This document shows positions 57,854-64,000 of a DNA stretch of 64,000 nt, one piece after another. The notes under the pieces were generated by a model, which was not told where the DNA came from, did not search any database, and saw only the letters and a list, made by a program, of their open reading frames with translations. Each line of letters opens with the position of its first letter. Within the stretch, counting starts at the first letter, position 1. The position numbers and the translations under genes were made by a program. The DNA is from an uncultured Acidobacteriota bacterium (GTDB lineage Bacteria; Acidobacteriota; Vicinamibacteria; Vicinamibacterales; CAVPJW01), in the NCBI GenBank assembly GCA_963817395.1, contig CAWFOC010000004.1, forward strand, positions 564,914-628,913. Direction: 5' to 3'.

Positions 57854-58268
57854 TCAGTTCATTCGCAGGGCAGCCTGCGGCGTGAACAGCTCGTCGGCCA
57901 TCCGCGTGAAGCGCTCCTCCTCGTCCTGACCCTCGTATTCGGTGGTGTAGGTCAGTACCCGGAATCTGGCGCGTCTCGTCATCGAGTTTCAACATCGAGA
58001 GGAGATGGAAGCCGTCGAGATCCTCGATCCGCACGCAGAGGACGACCAGATTCGGCTCCATCGTTTTGATTTCGGAGTACGCGCGGTCGCTGGCGTCGAC
58101 GAAGGCCAGCTCGTACTGCCCTGCATCGAGCACCGTCTCGAGGAGATCGATGACGTCGCTGCTCCCGTTGACGACTGCGACCTTGCAGCATCGATGCGGC
58201 TCTTGCATTCTCCGTTCGACCTCCAGGTGTTCGACCATGGCGGCCCTCCGTGCCGTCTTTCTATTCAA
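57854..58268 (-). CDS. Single-domain receiver-like protein lacking the phospho-acceptor pocket (pseudo-receiver); one frameshift near 57955; start uncertain
   Basis: KVAVVNGSSDVIDLL...PNLVVLCVRIEDLDGFHLLSMLKLDDETRQIP, then in the shifted frame VLTYTTEYEGQDEEERFTRMADELFTPQAALRMN*. By CheY alignment the DD pair becomes NG and Asp57 becomes Cys. Confidence 0.5.
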
Positions 58269-58453
58269 GAATCACGCCACAGGACGCCCGATTAAAACGG
58301 CACGAATCGGCCCGAAAGTGCGGGGTTGCGAGCGGCGCACCCGCCGCCGTCTCGCGGATGGCTCCAAAATGAAGCAGTCACTGCTCCAATCCGCATGATC
58401 GGAGTCCTCGCGGCTTGCACGGCCGCAGCTGAGTACGGCACTCTGGGGCGGTC

Positions 58454-59961
<1,508 letters not shown>

Positions 59962-59968
59962 GTGATGC

Positions 59969-60727
59969 CTAGCTTCCCGAACGCCGCTTCCTCAGATCTT
60001 CCTTGAGCATCGGGTTCACTTTGAACCCTGCCTGCTCCGCCAGTCGCACTTCCTTCTCCGCCTCGTCCAGGCGGCCGTTGATCATGTAGATGACGGCGAG
60101 GTTGTTGTGGGCTTCGCCCATGCGCGGACTCACGCTGATAGCGGCCAGATAGGCCGTCTCGGCTTCCGACAGATCGCCGGCACGGAAGTAGGCGCTCCCG
60201 AGGGCCAGTGAGACCTCGGAGGGCGTCCTGAACTCTCCAACCCCCGTCAGGCCCTCGTTCTTGGTCTTTTCCAGCTCGCGCACGCGATCCTGCATCCGGC
60301 TCACCGTGACTGGATTGAGTCCCTTGACGCGGCCGCTCTGCATGCCCATCAGATTGTCCTCGAGCTCGCGAATCTCGTCTTCTCGCCGACGCTCGACCGC
60401 GATCTTGTTGGTGGCGGCCAGGTTGTGAAGCGAGCGGAAGGCCTCGCGGCATCCTGAGTACGCCCGGATCGCGCTTCGATACTCCTTGAGGCCCATGTAG
60501 GCCTGACCGAGCCCATAGTGTGCGAGCGTCAGGAGCGGGTCGATCTTGATCGCCGCGTTGAATCGCTCGACAGCCTTCTCGTACTGTTCGGCCAGCAAGA
60601 GCTCCTGTCCGGCGCGATACTCCTCGAGCGCGGCTCTCCGCGCCGTTTCATCGACCAACTGCCGACCGACGGGTCCACCTGCGGAGATGACGACGAGAGA
60701 GGCCACCAGAAACGACAGAAGTCGCAT
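59969..60727 (-). CDS. Secreted TPR-repeat protein
   Basis: Signal-like MRLLSFLVASLVVISAGG followed by TPR repeats (AHYGLGQAYMGLKEYRSAIRAY; AHNNLAVIYMINGRLDEAE). The start is chosen at 60727 because the longer ORF would include the terminator hairpin. Confidence 0.65.
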   Translation of the reverse strand: MRLLSFLVASLVVISAGGPVGRQLVDETARRAALEEYRAGQELLLAEQYEKAVERFNAAIKIDPLLTLAHYGLGQAYMGLKEYRSAIRAYSGCREAFRSLHNLAATNKIAVERRREDEIRELEDNLMGMQSGRVKGLNPVTVSRMQDRVRELEKTKNEGLTGVGEFRTPSEVSLALGSAYFRAGDLSEAETAYLAAISVSPRMGEAHNNLAVIYMINGRLDEAEKEVRLAEQAGFKVNPMLKEDLRKRRSGS

Positions 60728-60754
60728 GTCACACCGCCTTGTGGGGCCACCAGG

Positions 60755-60794
60755 AAAAAACAAAGGGGGGTCACCGAGGTGACCCCCCTTTTCT
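60755..60794 (-). terminator. Rho-independent terminator of the TonB-dependent receptor gene
   Basis: Perfect 11-bp GC-rich stem GGGGGGTCACC/GGTGACCCCCC (60765-60788). On the minus strand TTTGTTTTTT follows, and on the plus strand TTTTCT (bidirectional form). It sits about 30 nt after the stop at 60820. Confidence 0.8.
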
Positions 60795-60819
60795 AGCACG
60801 AACCCGATCGACGCGGCTT

Positions 60820-63755
60820 CTAGAACTGGAAGCGCACGCCGAGCCGCAGGTAGAACGGCCGATTCAGGCGGGCCTGGCTGTCGACTGCCGGCACACCGTA
60901 GTCGGGATTGAGGACGGTCGGGCTGGTTTCGGTGTTCTGATCGTAGTCCCGGGCTTCCTGCGAGTTGAACAGGTTGAAGACGTCGGCCAGCAGCGTGAGC
61001 CGCCGGTTGCCGCCCATGGCAAACGAGTAGTCGGTGTGGAAGTTCACGTCGTACTCGAACGGCGTCCGGGTGCGGAAGCCATCGTCAACGGTCTGGATTC
61101 CAGATCCTCGGGGACCCTCGGGGATTTCGCCGTCGCTCTCGTAGATTGGATTGGCGGCGAAAGCGGTCAACGGACGACCCGAGCTGAAAATCACCCCGGC
61201 GCCGAAGTTGAGCCCGTTGTCCATGGCATAGCTGCCGAACGTCTTGAACTGGTGCGTACGGTCGTTCGGGAGTGGACCTTCACCGAGCGCGCCGAGGAAC
61301 CGGATGTCGCCGCGGTAGCCGAACTGCGGCACGCCGATTTCGGTGTAGCTCGGATCGTTCGTCGGGAAGTCGTAGAGCGACGTGATGGCCGGGTCGGACT
61401 GGCCGTTGTCGTTCCGGAAGAAGCCCTCGAACGTGCCGGTCAGCTGCGAGTAGCGATAGGAGCCTTGCAGCGCCCAGTTGTCGCGGAAGCGCTTGTCTGC
61501 CGTGAGCTCGAGGGCGTGGTAGTGGTGAATCGGGTCCTCGAAGGCGCCCACGTTGTCGATGGTATCGGGATAACCGTCACGAGGGTTCGTGATGAAGTAC
61601 TCGACGCTGTCGAGGCCCGGGGCCCCCTGCGAGTAGAGCACCATGGCCGCCGACCCGATGTCCTCGAGCACGCGCGGCATGTCGCGGTAAACGTAGCGGA
61701 CGCCGAGATTGAGGCCTGGAGCGACTTCGTACTCACCACCCACCAGGAACTCATCCTGGTAGGTCGACTTCGACGTGTCGTCGAAGTCGGCCGGGAAAAG
61801 TCCCGCCGTGACGACATGGGTCGTCTGTCCGGCAGCCAAAACGCCGTTCGGCACCTGGTCCGTCAGACTCCGGATTGAAGAAGTCCGCGCGTGTCACGCC
61901 AGCATCGGCTGACAGCGCGCGGGCGGCGAGGTCGTTCGGAATCTTCGCGAAGAAGCGACCCCACGCGCCGTAGATCTTTGAGCGGCCGTTGCCGCGCGGA
62001 TCGTAGGTGATACCCAGGCGAGGCGCCCAGTTGCCGTCCCACTGGAACTCGGCGAGGTTGCCAACGAGCTTCTGCTGCTCGTACCGGAGGCCAGGCTTGA
62101 TGGTCAGCCGAGGCCCGAGCTTCCAGGTGTCCTGGATGAAGAAGTTGAGGTACTCCTGCTCGGTCTCGCGCGTGTTTTCGAAGTTGGCGCGACGTCACCC
62201 GGTAGATTCGGCCGAAGACCGGATCCGGAAGAACTGTGACCTGAGCGCCTGTCGCCGTCGTCTGAGTTCGTCCGTCCGCCAACTCAATGTCGAAGTTGGG
62301 ACCGGTGCGGTCGATGACGTTGTTGTACTTGATGTCCTCGTACGTCATACCGTAACGAATCTGGTGATCCCCGAAAATGTGAGTGGATTTGGCGGCGTAC
62401 TGCATATTCGTGCCGTCGTTCCCGACTTCGTAGAAGCCGATCCCGCCAGTCCGCACCTGCGGCGTCACGGTGGTGTCGAGCACGTCCCAGTCGTCGATCG
62501 AGGGGGTCTCCTCGATGTTGTTGTACGCGCGAGCGAAGGAGGCTTCTACCAGCCAGGTCGGCGTGATGACACCATCGTAGCGAACGATCTGATTGTGCCC
62601 GCCGTACTTGATCTCGCTGAAGGCCGCCGTGTCCTCCCGCAGGAGCGACGTTACCCGCTGCGGGCCGTTGTCACCGGTCGCCGGGTCGCCGAAGAACGAG
62701 GCGTCGAGCTTGTGGCTGCTGGTGAGCTGATAGCTGCCCTTGGCCGAGTAGGTCACGATGTTACGCTTCCGCTCCACTTCGCCGAGACTCTCGAGGGTGA
62801 AGCCCGCTGGCGCAACCACCGTCCGCGTTTCCCACTGCGGGTCGAGCGCGCCGAAGAAAAACAGCCTGTCCCGGATTATGGGACCGCCCATCTCGAATCC
62901 GACGTCGTGCTGGGTCTGGGCCCTGGTGTTGATGGTGCCGTTCGCCGATTGCACCTGGTCGTAGGACCCTTCGAGCGCGTTGGGTTGGAAGTAGCTGAAT
63001 ACACTGCCGCGCAGGTTGTTCGTGCCGCTCTTGGTGAGGACGTTGATCACGCCGCCCGTGGACTGCCCGTACTCAGCCTCGTAACCGCCCGTCTTGATTT
63101 CGATTTCCTTGATGAAGTCGAAGGTCACGCCGTTGCCGAGCGATCCGAACACGATGGAATAGGAGCCGATAGCCCCATATCCGCTGTTCGTGATGTTCAC
63201 GCCATCGACGATGTACTGGTTCTCGAGCCCGCTGCCGCCGCCGACTGACGGATTGGCGGTGCCCGTGCGACCGCTGCTGCTGACGCCAGGTGCGATGTAC
63301 AGCGCGTCGGTCATTCGGCGACCCACCGGGACGCGCGTCAGGAGCTCGCTATCCAGGTTGGCGCCAATCGTCGTCGTGCTCATGTCGACGATGGGGGATG
63401 TCGCCGCAACCTCCACGACTTCGGAGATCGCGCCGACCTCCATGGCCAGAGGCAGGTCGACGGTCTGCGAGAGCCGGACGGTGACGTTCTGCCGCTCGAC
63501 AGACTTGAAGCCCTGGAGCTCGGCCCGGACGAGATAGTCGCCGGGGACCAGGAACGGAATCGAATAGCGACCTTCAGAGTCGGTGACGCCGGAACGCGTC
63601 CCCTGAGGACCCTGTGCCGTGACCGTGGCACCAGGCATGGCCAGCCCCTGAGAATCGGTGACGCGGCCAGCAATCGTGCCGCTGCCCTGGGCAAAGGTTG
63701 TTGCAGCCCCGGCGAGCAGGACGATCGCGAGCACTGCCAAACTACGCAATCGCAT
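60820..63755 (-). CDS. TonB-dependent receptor with N-terminal carboxypeptidase-regulatory-like domain; two frameshifts (about 62195, 61860)
   Basis: Signal MRLRSLAVLAIVLLAGAATTFAQG and CarboxypepD_reg-like GRVTDSQGLAMPGATVTAQG...GRYSIPFLVPGDY. It also has a plug-like region, the barrel terminus ...FYLRLGVRFQF*, and an AAGGAG RBS. Confidence 0.8.
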
Positions 63756-64000
63756 GTGTGTGACTCCTTGAAGAACTATTGCCTGCGTGTAGAACCCGGC
63801 GGCTGGAAGCCCGCCGACGAACTTATCCCTAGAATCAAGCCGTCTATCCCATTAACAAAACCGATACCACCCCATGAGATTTACTATCTAACTGACAAAT
63901 AACGACTTATAGCTCTGTGACGAACGGCGAACGACTCACGTATCCAATTCATCGTTGATAGCCATCCAAAAAACAGGATTTTGGATCGTGCGTAGTTGAT

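Noticed and set aside
60728-60799. N-terminal extension of the TPR protein ORF (ORF-track start 60799)
   Set aside because: The extension would be translated through the TonB-receptor terminator hairpin and its U-tract. The internal MRLLSFLVASLVV start at 60727 gives a normal signal peptide.
63756-63900. Cobalamin or another riboswitch in the TonB-receptor leader
   Set aside because: I could not find a B12-box-like core, or TPP- or other riboswitch signature sequences, by eye. This needs Infernal to exclude formally.

Overview
High-GC (about two-thirds G+C by eye) bacterial chromosomal segment. The gene content looks Acidobacteriota-like, which is an inference from the CarboxypepD_reg-type TonB receptor, the TIGR03790-like protein and the exosortase locus. 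No searches were run, so all family names come from reading motifs in the supplied translations. Coordinates of non-ORF features and frameshift sites are hand-counted and may be off by 1-2 nt (frameshift sites by about 10 nt).

Layout:
- (1) 1-35.7 kb is one large exopolysaccharide megacluster built around an exosortase (XrtA-type)/EpsI/PrsT-TPR-lipoprotein operon.
  - Export and initiation genes: chain-length determinant, ExeA-like ATPase, BY-kinase-like ATPase, initiating sugar-phosphate transferase, and a Wzm/Wzt ABC exporter.
  - Modification and assembly genes: FemAB-like protein, about 7 GT2/GT4 glycosyltransferases, 2 GT-C membrane enzymes, an O-antigen-ligase-like protein, two AsnB-type amidotransferases (one lacking the catalytic Cys), an acetyltransferase and a methyltransferase.
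  - It also holds a heavily eroded trio of secreted glycan-processing-like genes at 5.4-11.5 kb.
- (2) 35.7-41.7 kb is a regulatory island and the most interesting part.
  - Two paralogous sigma-54 activators lack any N-terminal sensory or receiver domain.
  - They bracket an opposite-strand unit that encodes two paralogous, apparently undescribed small proteins, each behind a GGAAC-N5-TTGC sigma-54-type promoter, and a TIGR03790-like/TPR protein.
  - Further sigma-54-type promoters sit upstream of a glycosyltransferase operon (21747) and, more weakly, the exosortase operon (35784).
- (3) 41.9-64 kb is ordinary housekeeping.
  - Nucleoside and methionine salvage (deoA, PNP, cdd, mtnA), tsaD, yjbQ, NTF2/Nudix, SDR.
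  - Transport genes: an APC permease, gltS, two tandem ABC ATPase/permease pairs, and a TonB-dependent receptor with a textbook terminator.
  - Remaining genes: an HD hydrolase, GGCT, a pseudo-receiver, an aldehyde dehydrogenase and a TPR protein.

A window-wide feature is roughly 40 apparent reading-frame breaks. They are about 8-fold denser in 5.4-11.5 kb than elsewhere. No rRNA, tRNA, CRISPR array, transposase or integrase was recognised.
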